A stretch of 64,000 nt of DNA from Diplonema japonicum (taxonomy: Eukaryota; Protista; Euglenozoa: Diplonemea), in NCBI GenBank assembly GCA_964019335.1, contig OZ025685.1, positions 310,001-374,000 on the forward strand. The letters are read 5' to 3'. This document shows, piece after piece, positions 1 to 12,900 of the stretch (position 1 is the first letter of the stretch; each line of letters begins with the position of its first letter). A model generated the notes under the pieces. It was not told the origin of the DNA, did not search any database, and saw nothing but the letters and a program-made list of their open reading frames with translations. The position numbers and the translations under genes are program-made.

Positions 1-385
1 TATGGTAACAAGAAGAGAGAGAAAACATAGGCAGATTTGTGCTATTTTTTATCCCCCCCCACAGAAGAAAGACTAAAGAAGAAAAAAAATGAAAATTTTT
101 TGTATTGTTGTTTTCCCCCCTCCCCTCTTTCTCTCTCCCCCCCCACTGCCACACTTCAAAAAGGAGAGAAAGCCCGCTATATTTTTATATGCCCACCCAC
201 CACCACTGTACCTTTTCAATAAGGATTTTTTTTTTTTTTTATATAAGACAGAAAGTCCCCCACCCATTTGCTTTATTTTTGCTTTTTTTTTTCTCTCTCC
301 TCCTCCCCCCTTCTTCATTGCACTCGTGGTTGCAGCGAAACCTTTTTTTTTTTTTTCGAAGGAGTTTATTTATATTAAAAGAAAA

Positions 386-790
386 ATGGAAGAATTGTTC
401 ACAGCCCAAGTGAGGCTGTGCAGCGGAAAGCGGATGGAGTTGTCAAGAAAGGAATGTCAGATACGAGGTGACGAAGGCCCTTTGCAAGGCCTGCTGGAGT
501 ACCAAGAAGCTAGGCTTGGCAGGATCTCGTCCGAGTTCAGGAGGGTGAACAATTCTGCTCTGCTGGCTGCCGTTGAAGAACTAAGCGAGGCTGCTGCAGC
601 AACAATGCAAGAAGCCATGGAACAAGCCGATCGCGAGAGGAGCGCAATTTTCAAGGAATTCCTATCAGTCTTGGGGACTATTCTACAACGAGATTCATAC
701 CAAGTAAAACCCCGACAAACAAGAAACACCCCTTCCACAAGCACGCCTATACAAGTCGACACTGTTTACTTCCTACAACAATTGACATAA
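386..790 (+). CDS. Hypothetical helical protein (134 aa)
   Basis: Complex-sequence part of ORF 89..790. First ATG after the low-complexity leader is at 386, preceded by an A-run like other genes here. No recognisable motif. Confidence 0.55.
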   Translation: MEELFTAQVRLCSGKRMELSRKECQIRGDEGPLQGLLEYQEARLGRISSEFRRVNNSALLAAVEELSEAAAATMQEAMEQADRERSAIFKEFLSVLGTILQRDSYQVKPRQTRNTPSTSTPIQVDTVYFLQQLT

Positions 791-987
791 AAAATAAAAA
801 AAAAATTTTTTTTTTGTATTTGAAAAAAAAAAACCCCCCCTGAAGTAGTCAGGGTTCCCCTTTTTTTTTTTTATAGATTTTTTTTTTTTCTTTCTTTTTT
901 TTTTTTTTTTTTCTTATGAATCAAAAAAAAAAAAAAATAGAACCCCTCAAAAAAAAAAAAAAAAAAGAAAATTATGGACACACTCCT

Positions 988-3900
988 ATGGCACGTCAGG
1001 TTTATTTTCTGATACTACTGTGTGTGGGAGCTGTAGGCCATGAAGGGGGTCCTGACGCCTATGGGTACCGCCCTGATAGGGGCTCGTTGGGGAATGTACA
1101 CAGAGTCGAAAGCCCAGACGGGGTGTTTCCCACTCTGTATGAGGGCGATGTGTTACGCCTCCCCGTCGAACCTTTTTGGCTCGGAAGAGAAGTTAAAATA
1201 CGGTTCGTGGGGTGGGGCTTCTGGCCAGGAATGAGATTCACCCTACAACCAGCCAACGAGACCCAGTGCTCAGAGCTTTACAACATCAACAGAAACTACA
1301 CATGGGAGGACCCTGGATACATAAACCAAACAAATCCAAAGGGGACACCCTGGATTCTCGAGACAGTCACCCCTTATACGGACAATACAAGCGTTACTGT
1401 AAGCCCCAACTACACAACGCCCACCGAGACAACATCAGTAACAGAGACCCTGAGCGAAACAGGTACTATTACCGTTACGGAGACAGGGACAGCGACGATC
1501 AGCCTGACAGAAAATCTTCCTTTGAAGGAACCGTATTTTCACGATTACTTCCCGTTCAATTTCGGTGGGATACGAAGACCGTTTGGAACTGTGGACGTTT
1601 CTGAAGACGGGACCACTGCTGTGTTCTGGGTCCCGCTTGACCCGTACTTCTTGAAGGTTGTGGATGGGTTTGTGTTTTGCTTGGAGTCGCGACAAGCAAC
1701 TTCAACTCCCGTGTTTAATACTTCAAGGGGGAATGTGACAGAAACGATGACAGAGACTGTTGATGGTGGGTTCGTGGATTTCACAATCGATTCAAAGGTC
1801 ACCCTTCAAACGTATCAGATTTTCGACGTATCTGGACCAGGTGGGGCGACAACAATTCGAAACGCAACAACATTTCAAAACAGGCAGCCTTTCACTGTTC
1901 CATTCGGCACCACTGCTGTATACGGCCTAACAGGACATATTCCTATAAACGCTTTGGATGGCGCATTCTCGAACTCTCCAAAATGCGGAAACCTGACCAC
2001 ACCTAGAGGATGGGGTTTGCTGGGGGACGTGACACACTATGTGGAAGATCCGATGAACATAACAAAAATCGTCGGGAGTGAAACAGACTTCCATTTCACA
2101 ATATCGCCTCCGGAAACGTGCAGGCTTTCAAACTCGAGCTTCTACCTCTGCACGAAGGCGTACACTACATTTCCGTACTTCCACCCCGTGGTGCTTTACG
2201 ACACCTTCACGATGTTTCATTTTCTGTTCAGGGTTTCGTCTGTTACGCATTTGGGAGAAACCTTGGACCCGTCTGGGTACCCGTCGCATAACTCCACCAT
2301 TAGAATGATAACAGGGCGGGAGTATAGTTTTTATTTCAAGCACATCGGGTTGCAGGAGTACATGACGCTTGGAGTGAGGAACGAGAGCTGCAAAGCGAAC
2401 CCCGATGCAATCGACACTTGGGGCCTCACGCTTCTTGGCAACGACACCGCTAGGGTTACAATTACACCTCAGTTGTCGTACGTTAACATGTTCCTGTGTA
2501 TATCGGTCACAGGGCCTAATGTACCTATGGAGTTCAGCGTTGATACAGGTTTCTTCGTCACGGTGTACACGCTCCTCGGTGTTTCAGATGTTGTGTCTGT
2601 TGTGAATTTTCACTACGGGACGGAAGGGTTTCAAAGCCTTGTCTCGTCGAACCTTGAGTCGCATCTTCGGATCAAATTCGAAGGAGGAGATGGTGTCGGA
2701 GCGTTCACAGGAGACGAAAGCTCGTTGACATCCTGCACAACTGATGAAACAGCGGAAAATCAACCCTCCTACATCACCCCCGTCGAATCGGGGAACGCTT
2801 TGTTCTTCATGAACTACACGCAATCGTCGAAATGGAGGACAATGGCGTTCGTGTGCATCGCGCTGTACCCCTGGGATGGATCGTTCTATGAAACAATGCC
2901 GTTTAAAGTGAACTTCACGTCGTCATTTGTCAACGCGAGCTACGAGGCGCAGGACATCACACCACCAGGGAGGATTTACCTGTACAAAGGGTACCAGGTG
3001 GAGGTACTCTTCAACGGTTTTGGTTTATGGCCGCATTTCAGACTGGCGATGGCAGTCGACGCGACGAACCCGTGCGTTTGGGACTTAGGCACGTACATAA
3101 GCGACTCATCCCCAACATATTTCGAAAACACGAATGAAGATAAAACCTACGCTGTTTTGAAGACGCCCACCGATTGGGTTGCATCGACCACGTCTAGCTT
3201 CTACGGCCGGATCTGTATGTCATCGTTCTTAAACGGGACCGACTTTTCGATGGACACAGGTTGGAAGCTCTCCGTGATGGAGCTGCAGAGCGTTAGCAAT
3301 CTTCAATTATCTTACTTCGAGGTGACATACGGAACGTCGGCTCAGGTGTACACCCTGAACTATGTAAATGGCGAGATCGGTAATCAAATCGCATTTCTCC
3401 GAGACTGCGGCGATGTTGTTCAGTACTGCGGAGCCTCTGCAGTCACCGCTTCACAATGCGTGTCCACAGATGTCTTTGATCAAGCTGTTATATCGCAGTG
3501 CCGTTCAAACCTTCTCGGTCCCGGTGGGTACTCCGTCAGGCGAAATATCCCAAGCACCGTTCCCACACCAGGGGCGCTTCTGTTTTTGTACGACTGTCAG
3601 ACCTCACAGTTCGCCGTGAATCTGAAGGTTTGTGTTTCACCGTTGACAGGAGGCGTTTTCAAAGACTCTGGGCTTCGAGTTTCATTTCTCATCACGGTCA
3701 CGTCCATCGAAATAGACACTGAGGTGCGAACCTCTTACCAAGACGTCAAATTCTACAAAGGAATGCGGCCCACCATCAAATTGAGAGGAACCGGTTTGTT
3801 CCCATACATGAGGTTGGCAGTCATGCCGAACTGCACCGATGTGAACCTTCAAGAGTACGTCATGCCGGAGAACGAGACAATGATAGCGATGACAGGGGCG

Positions 3901-6900
3901 TGGGGTCTTATAGAGAATTCGGATAATGCGGCGAGGACGGAGCTTCAATTTGTGCCGCCGGTTGCTGCGACGTCTGTCGCGATAACGGGGTGGAAGTTCT
4001 GTGTTTCGGAGTACGCCGCGTTTTCGGAGTTCCCGTCCGATTTCAGCATCGAAACAACGTTCACGTTCACAGTTGTGGAGCTTGTTGCGGTGAACTTCTC
4101 CAGACACCTTGTGATCCCTTATGGCGACAGGTTGTTGATGACCTTGCAAGGTGACAACCTTCAACCCAGCATGCAGATTAAGTTTCAATCCGACTGTGCG
4201 TCAACAGCCCCAACAACCGATTTCTGCGAAGGACAATTCGGAGGTGTCCCAAGCGGGTGCCGTGCAGTCGGGACCGCAACAGTTTGCTACGACGTGCCCC
4301 CGGACGGGATCGCCGTTGACGGGATGTGGTTCTTCTTACTCCAAACCATGTCGGGGCAACACATGCGAAACTTGAAAACCTGCGTAAGCTTGTGGCCGAG
4401 GTCCAACCAACAATTCTACGACACGGGGATCCTTATAGATTTCGTCATCAAGGTCGATGCGACCAACGTGCACGGACAGAACATACAGCACTACGAGACC
4501 ATCCTCGTCTACTCGAAGTTCAACGATTTCCCAGGAGAAGAGCTTGCCGCCAACGATCCCAGGTTCGGCCGTGTAGTACAACTGAAACTACAGGGAAAGG
4601 GTTTCCGCGACAGTTTCCGGGCAAATTTTCAAGAAGAGTGCGGGACATTAAACACAACCGGCGGACCAATCATGCAGCTCATCCCCGAGACAGACGCACT
4701 AGGACGCACGCCTTCTGAGTGCGGTCTTGGTGACGTTGCTGCGTATCTATATCTCACCATGGAACACATCAAAACAGGGACGTCGAGCCGAAAAGAGATG
4801 TGCCTGTCATCCCTCTCACAGGGCACCGTGTTTGATGCGAGATCATACATATATTTCGGCGTCGTCGAGCTCACGGCAATCTCGTTCAGCGGGTCACAAC
4901 ACGTTTCCTTACCATACGGTTACGTCGGGGATTTAGTGTTGTATGGGAGCTCGTTGAACCCGTTCATGAAGTGGAAGATTGCGTTAAAGGCAACACGGGG
5001 TGTGTGTGATTTTGGCGACACTTCCTTCGATGCTCCTTTGCCCTTCTACGATACAGGTGGTGAACCACGGTGTTCGCCGGCTCCCAACGAAGGATGCCTC
5101 CCTTACGGCGGTTCGTTAGACCGTCGGTTCGACGGCGGCACCGCTGGAAAGGTTTTCCTGGAGCACACCCACACCTACAGAATGGTTGAAAACCTACCCG
5201 TGTGCCTCTCGCTGTGGGGGAACTCGAGATTCTATCAAACCCCGTTGACGGTGACAACCCATGTCAAGGTGACATCGATTGAGAGCTACAACAAGCACCA
5301 TTATGCAGGGTCGGGCTTCCACGAGGACATCTACGCGTACATGAAGTACAGCAGCCATGTGATAACCCTGCACGGTTGGGGTTTCTTCGACCACCACAGG
5401 GTGGCGTTCATGCAAGAATGCGGGGAGTTCAACAGTTCCAAGAAACCGTGGGAGATCCTGGGCCCGTTCATGGTTGAGCCCGTTGTCTTGCCCAACAGAA
5501 CATCGATGGGGACATTCCCGTACTCCAGCGGGTTGGACAGGGTCGAGGCGTTGGTTAGAGTGGATCTTCGGTCAAACCTAACAGGGCTGCGTGCGTGTTA
5601 CTCGGTCTTTGAAAAGTCAGACCCTGTTCACAAGAACAGTTTTCATATGAAGCTTGGCATTAGACTCACAACGGTCGATCTATGGGTCAACAAGTACGTA
5701 AACAGTATGAGGTCCCCCGACGATCCCATCGTTGTGATTTATGGGAGTTCCATGCGTGTCTTGTTGGGAGGGAACAACCTCCTCCCGAAGCAGGATGTCT
5801 TCAACCGGTTCCTCTTCAACGTGAACAGCGACTGCGGTGTCAACGTCACTACGGGCACGGCCACGCCGGCTTCGCTGTCTTACTACTCGGTGCGAGACCC
5901 TGTTACGCAGCAGATGCTCGTTGATCAGCCCGGGTTCACACTTCCATCGTCTGTTACGCGTCAATATGCTCACCAAAAACTCTGTTTTTCTGTGTACCAA
6001 ACTCCGTATCACTACTTTCTCGACACAGGGTACAAGGTGTATCTAGAGTGCAATGATGCAGCTCAGCCTTGTGTGGACGGGACAGTCGGGATCTGCGACG
6101 CCAATGCGACCGAGTACCACCAGATTGTGAAGGGCTGCACCTGTTCGTTTGCGCAACGGACGAATTATTCCTGTTCGCTCACTACGCAGGTCCCGTGCAA
6201 CGCTTCGTTTTCGTGTTCTGGGCACGGGGCGTGCTCGACGGACGATCTCTGCGCGTGCGACACACATTACTACGGCCCGTCTTGTGAGTATTGCGAGACG
6301 AACGTTGCCGATCTTCAGTTCACCGATACGTTGAAGCACGCGGTGCTTCACTTCCACACCGACTACACAACCAACACACCGCTCGCCAACAAAGCCAGTA
6401 ACTGGTCCTGCGACGCTGTTGTGCCCCAACGCTACGGCGACATCGTTTTAGGCAGTCCGGAATGTTACTGGGAAACGCCCAGAATGTTGCATATATTCAA
6501 CGGCTTCGGAGCGAACCCTCTGCGTCACGTAATGAAACTAAGGGCGAGCGGGGTGAGCGCCCATTGCAGCCAGAAGGGAACCGAGGACGAGTCTCCTTTG
6601 ATCATACCTATGGCGTTGGATGTTCTCGACCCGAAGCCGTTTTTACTGGTCCCGGACAGGATTGGACCGTGTGATGGGGTGACCTTGGATGGTTCCTTTA
6701 GTTCGGGGCCCGGCGGGGAACTGCGGTATTATTGGAAGCTTGGGAACGAAACACAGTATTCCTTCGACTACGCATTGGACGAGTTCCTACGGAACGACAC
6801 GTTCAGTGACATCCCGGTCCTTCACGTGCCTGCGGGTGTGGTGCCAAGAGGACGCTTCAACTTTGTTCTAACCGTCTACGCAAGGATATCCCGAACAGAG

Positions 6901-9900
6901 GCCACGGTGTCCAAGGTGGTTGAAAAGCTCGGTTTCACCAATCCCATCCGTTTGGTGATCGTTATCCCTCAACTGTCTCCGTTTGAAGTCAACGACGTCG
7001 AACGCCTCATAGCAGTGGGCCCTGTTGAGGTCTCAAGCTACGCACTGTCAAACGCTGCCTCAACATGCTACGGGAACATCTTCATCCCGCAGAACAAGAA
7101 ATACAAGATAACATGGTCGGTGTGGTGGCACACTGTGTTCGGGGACACATATTACAAGGAGGGCATTCCGTGGAAAGAGACCACTCCGGAAGGGAGCTGG
7201 GTCGAGTCTCCGGTTCTGCAACAGCAACAAGACAAACCAACATTGTTCATATCGGCAAAGATGCAAACCCCAACAGGCGTGGTAGAGGTCTTTCCTGTAA
7301 ACCGCACCGCGGAGGTGAGGGTGAGCGTTGAGATGTACGACATGGACAGACCCCTAGTGACCCCTGTGGCGATTGGAAACGTTTCCTTAGAGTTACGACG
7401 CATGGGGACGGTGTATGTGTATTTCCGAGGCGGGAACAGAACAGTGACAACGGGTTTCGCGATCGAGCTGGTTCCGAGGATCGATAACGGAGCGGAGAAA
7501 ACAGAGGTGTTCTACACGGAGTGGTGGTGCAACGACACAACAATGGGACAGGCCGAGGTCCCGTGCCCGCAACCGCTGCTGGGAATCGCGGTCACAACCC
7601 GAGACGGTTTGAACAATAAAGAAACCCGGACGAAATTCGTGTTGGGCCCACCGACAACCGCTGCGATCCCCCCTGGAAAATACATGTTCACGGCCGCCTT
7701 GTACGTCCCGAGGCTCGACAAGACTGTCATTACATATGCTGAGATTCAGGTCGAGGCGAAACAGCAAACGATGGACTACCTGGACGTCGGCATCGTGCCC
7801 ACAAACACCTCTCTTTTCTACGATACGGTTTCGCATGGACTGCCGCTCACGTTGGTTCCGGAGATTTCTTCTCTAAACCCTTTGGCAGTGTACTCTTATA
7901 GCTGGACCTTGTGGACCTTCAGGAACACCTGGGCTCCGTTGGAACGCCTTATCCTCAGCAACGGCATCGACCGTAGCAATAACGTGTTGTTTCTTCCTGG
8001 CGGTGTGTTTCAAGCTGGCGGGGTATACGTGGCGAAGGTTCTTGTCAGAGAGGTTGATGCCTCGACAGGGCTGATCCTGAGGCAGGCGAACCCTTCCTTC
8101 ACACTTCAAACATTCTCTCCTCCCCATGGCGGGCGGGCTCGTATTGTTCAAAAAGACGGTATCACACTATTGCTCGCGGAAGGTTGGGCCGTCGAGAGCA
8201 ACAGGTACCCGTTGCAGTACAAGTTCTCAAACGAACTGTACTGCACGCAAGCGGTGGGGACGGAGTGTACATGCTGCGATGCGGGAAGCAGGGTATTGAA
8301 CACCGGGGTGTGCAAGGAGGTCTGCAACTCGTGCATCTGCCAGCTTTTAACGGATTTCACGCTGCGATCGTACATCCAGGTGACGATCCCCAGAACGCTA
8401 CTTCCCAACATAGTCACGTACAATGTAAAGGTAGTAGATAGACTGGGTGTGTACCATTCTTCAAAGGTCGACGTACAAACTGTGGTCGAAGATGGTGTCG
8501 TGGGGCCACAGACACCGTCCCCACCGGATCAAGAACCTTGGATGCAAGACGTGGACACAGGAGGGTTGGAAGCGATTGCGAGCGCAGTGAGCAGACAGGA
8601 TGTGAACAGGTTTCTGTTGGGGTTTGCCGAGATGGTCACCACGATGCAGTTTGCGGTGAGCAGGCTTTTTGTCAGGGTTGTCTGCAGCACCGCGACCATC
8701 CCGATAGAAGTCACCCCGACCATGACCATGACAAAGTCCCGCACAAGCTCCTTAACGATCCCCTTCAACGGCACGCTCAGAAACATAACATACACACCGT
8801 TGCCGACCGAGACTGTTGAACCTACGGTGACGCTTTACAGCAATGAATCCTCAAAGACATCGACGCTTCCAGCACCGATTTGCAAAACGATATACCCAGA
8901 CGAGAATGAGCAGCTCTTCCTCCCGTTCTTCCCGAAGTCGCAGGCGCTGACGTACCAGGTTGGCGAGATGCTGAAACACGCTGGTGCGATCCTCTCGTCT
9001 CTGTCATCAACCACGGAAAAAAAACGGCTTCTGGAGCTCATCGTGGCGGCGACGTGGCAGCCCGCCTTCGTGAGCAGGGCAAACGCCGATGCTGCAATTC
9101 AACTTACAGCTGACATGCTGTATGAAAGCACTTATTTAAACAGCGTTGAATCGGGTATCTACCAGCTCCTCACGACGCTTCTGGGTCAATCGATACTTGC
9201 AACAGCTAGCACACTCCCGGACTTCGCCGACCCAGCAGGAGACACCACCGGAACGGCTGGGAGAAACGGAAAGGTTTTATCAGCGGCAGCGGTTACCGAA
9301 GCGCAGCGAAACCTTGTCAGGGCGTCTAAGAAGAAACAAGTCCGGAGCGTGCAAAAACTACTGCAAGGCGTCTCCGAAGCAGTGTCTGCAAAGCTTCACC
9401 TTCACGACGAATGGACAATATCGGGCGGGGGGATTCTTCAACGTTGCAGGAAGATGTTCAGCACGAATATCCGTACCGCAGGATCGATCCCGCAGGGCTT
9501 CAGACCGATTTCGCCCGCCGTGTTCCCGAACGCGTCCGTTTCGTCTTGTACTGGAAACACATGCAACACCACCAATTTAACGATATCGATCGCCAGCAAC
9601 GCCGAGCCCCTGTACTCCACATCGTGGGAGGGCGTCGTTGACATGTGCATCACAGCGTACCCTACCATAATTCACGACTATGGGTTCGGAATCGAAAATG
9701 TAACGGGCGACCGTGCGATCGCGTACAGCATCATCGACGCAAACGGGACGGAGCTTGCTCTCGACGATTCCAACATAATAGTCACGCTTCCCATGGACGC
9801 AAGGCTGTACAGTAGAATAGGCGGTGTAGGGAGCGAGAAACAATACGACCCTGCGTGTTTCTGGTTCGACAAGGAACCCGGATGCCGCGAGATCACCGCA

Positions 9901-12900
9901 GAAGCCGAATGCACGACAAAATGCTGCCACGATTCAACATCACCGTTCCGTACAATAATGTGCGATGGTTGCTGCGTATGGTCAGGTGAAGCATGTGCTC
10001 CAGGGCCCCGGGCAGGGCAGGACGTCTTCACGCAAGATGGCTGCATGGTTGTCGAATACAACCAAACAACCATCACTTGCAATTGTTCGCATTTGACAGA
10101 CTTTGTACAGGGGTATCTCCCGCATTTCTACAACCCGTTTGTCGCGACGAAACCTGCCCCGATCCCTGTCAGAGTGTCCGTCCCGTTGCCGAAAATCCCG
10201 TTTGCGGCAAGCCCGAACTTGCTAGCTCTCCCTCAGGTAATCGTTTTACCCATTCTGTACGTGACAGTGAGTTTGATTTCCTTGTTCCGCGAGAGGGCTT
10301 TTCGAGAAGTACACCGCGAGCGAAAGATAGGGGAAAAGATGGTACCGCCATGGGCACAGACCACGAAGGCTTTGGATAAGACGTACATGCGGCGGGTTGA
10401 CGACGATGGGCTTATGAGGTACATCAGAGAACTCCCTTTCGACAGTATTTCAAAGGGGTTCGGGAACACCTTCGTGCACTTGATACACCTGCTGAGGACG
10501 TACCACACCTACGCTAACATCTACTTCATTTCCTACAACGACAACCGAACCATCATACAGAAGATCACCGCCCTGTTCTGCGGGATCACGTCTTGCTGGG
10601 CGGTGCTCGCCCGTCTGTGGCTGAACGCAGATCCTGCAAACCTCACCACGAACCGGTGCTTTGTGCTGTCGTTCACAGTATCATTGTTGATAGGCCCTGT
10701 GGCGTCTGTGTTCAGTTTTGTGTTCTCCCGAACACCAAGGCGTGCAAAACCGCGTTCCGGAGCGTTCATGAGAATGAACGAGGCAGAGGACAAGGGAAAG
10801 CTTAAAATCGCACACGAGAAGATAAAACTGTCCCTCCCAAGTGGGAACAAGGCGTTTTACGAGATCCTGCTCGGGAAGCAGCCCGGGATGGTTCCCATCG
10901 ACGAACCGCAGACCAAAAAAGGAGGGTGGAAGAAGCTGAAGAACGCCGCGTCCGTTCTCACTGCAATGAACAGCGCGACCCGCCCCGACGCAGAGATTAT
11001 GTCACCTCTGTCACCTTTGAGCCCGCTTGCAGCCTCCGCTTCCTTACAAGCTCCCAGGCTCAAGGACATGAACGTCAGTGGGATCGAGTTCGTGATCGAG
11101 TCCATGGGCGACTGGGCGCCTGGAAACAACTTAACAAACGGACCGTTGTTGAAACCTGCAACAGAGCTGTTGTCGGAACGGCTGGTCCAAGGGTCGCACC
11201 ACATTGATCACTCCGACTCGTCCTCCGCTGACACCGACAGCGAGTATTTGGTTCTGTCTCCACAGGAGCCGGCCAAGACCGGGGAAACAGAAAGACGGCA
11301 AAGCAAGAAGTCTGAAAACGATGCTGATGAGCTGTGTGACTCAGCGCTTCGAATGGATGATTCTGTCATGGTTGCGAAGTACAAACAGATTCAAGTGCAG
11401 GCTATATACGAGGTGAAATGCGGAAGGTTCATCCTTGCGATTCATCTGCTGTTCATGGCGGAGTACCGTGTGCATCGTCAGCGTGGGAACATGGCGGACG
11501 TGAACCACCAAGCGTTGCTGACAAAGGCGTTCGGAAAGGCGGCGAAGATCGCGACGGAGTTCTTCGAGCTGGACCTCAAGGCGTTCCGTGTCGCTCTGTC
11601 GTTCGAGGAACACACGTCGCCCTTGTGGTCGCAGGCTGTTCACACGCTCCGCGACAAGTCGAACCTCATCGAGGCTGCCAAACTGTTTCAACAACACTTC
11701 AAAGAAAGCCCCGTTGCTGTTGCATGGAGCATGATCGAAGATATTTTAGACGTCAAAGCATGGGTGTACCATTACTACACGAGAATTCACAAGGAACAGG
11801 TCATGTCCTTGGAAGAGTTCGACGCCACATGGTCGCACGCACTGCTGGACACCGCTGTCGTAGTGAATCAAAACATCGGGTACGAGAAGGATCAGAGCAC
11901 GGAGGTGACACATGAACATTTCGGGTTTCCCGAGGAGAAGCTTTTCACGCGCAGCGAGGCGGTAGCGGAGCTGGTCAAATCGAACTATGTTCTAGCAGAG
12001 TTCATGGTGAACCATATGGCAAAGGGGGAAGCGTTGGGCAACCTACTCGCAACGGATGTTCCGGGGGAGTTCGACCTCTACGGCGTGATATCGGAAGAAG
12101 TTGAGGAGTTCGCGATTGACAATGATGTCGAAGTGTTGACAGCGAACTTCTGGATCAGATACTTCGCCAGCATGGCGAAGGGCGTCACCAGCAAAACGTT
12201 CGACTCCGTTCACGCTGGTCAGCTCAAACGCATTCTGAAAAGAAAATCCAAACAGAGAAAGAAAAGCAAGGTTATATACATCCCAAAACACATCGAGGCG
12301 AACCAAGACACTGACTCCTCCGAGAGCGAGGTTGACCCCGAAGAAGTAGAGATCAACATGGAAAACGCAGGCGAAGACCCTGAAGGTGCGTACGAAGCAC
12401 AACTGGAGGATTTGTACGAAAGGTTCAGACAGAAACAAGAACTGCTCGACGCAAAACTCGCCGGGACCCAGGTCCAAAAGGAAGAGAATTTCAGCACGAT
12501 AGTGGGGAACACCATCAAGTTCTCCCGGGCAAACCGACAAACATACTTTGTAAAATCCTACCCAGTCGGGTTCCGATCCCAAGGAAAACTCGGGCTCGGC
12601 GACGGCACACTGCAACGACCCTTCTGCACAATTGAGTACTCCGTAAAGGTACTGTCATCACTAGGCTACCCTCCTTCATGTTTGTGCTTGCTCGGCGGGG
12701 TCTATCCCCCACTTAGACTAATAGGGTTGAGGGACTGCGACATAACAAGAATGTCTGACAAGGTCCAAGTCAGGGGATCATACGAATGGGAACCTGTTAT
12801 CGTGTTGTCCACCTGTCGAAACGTGAAAATATATGGTTTGGAAATTATTCACGGGTCGGTGGGTGTGGACGCTGCGACTTCAACGAACACTTTTATCTAC

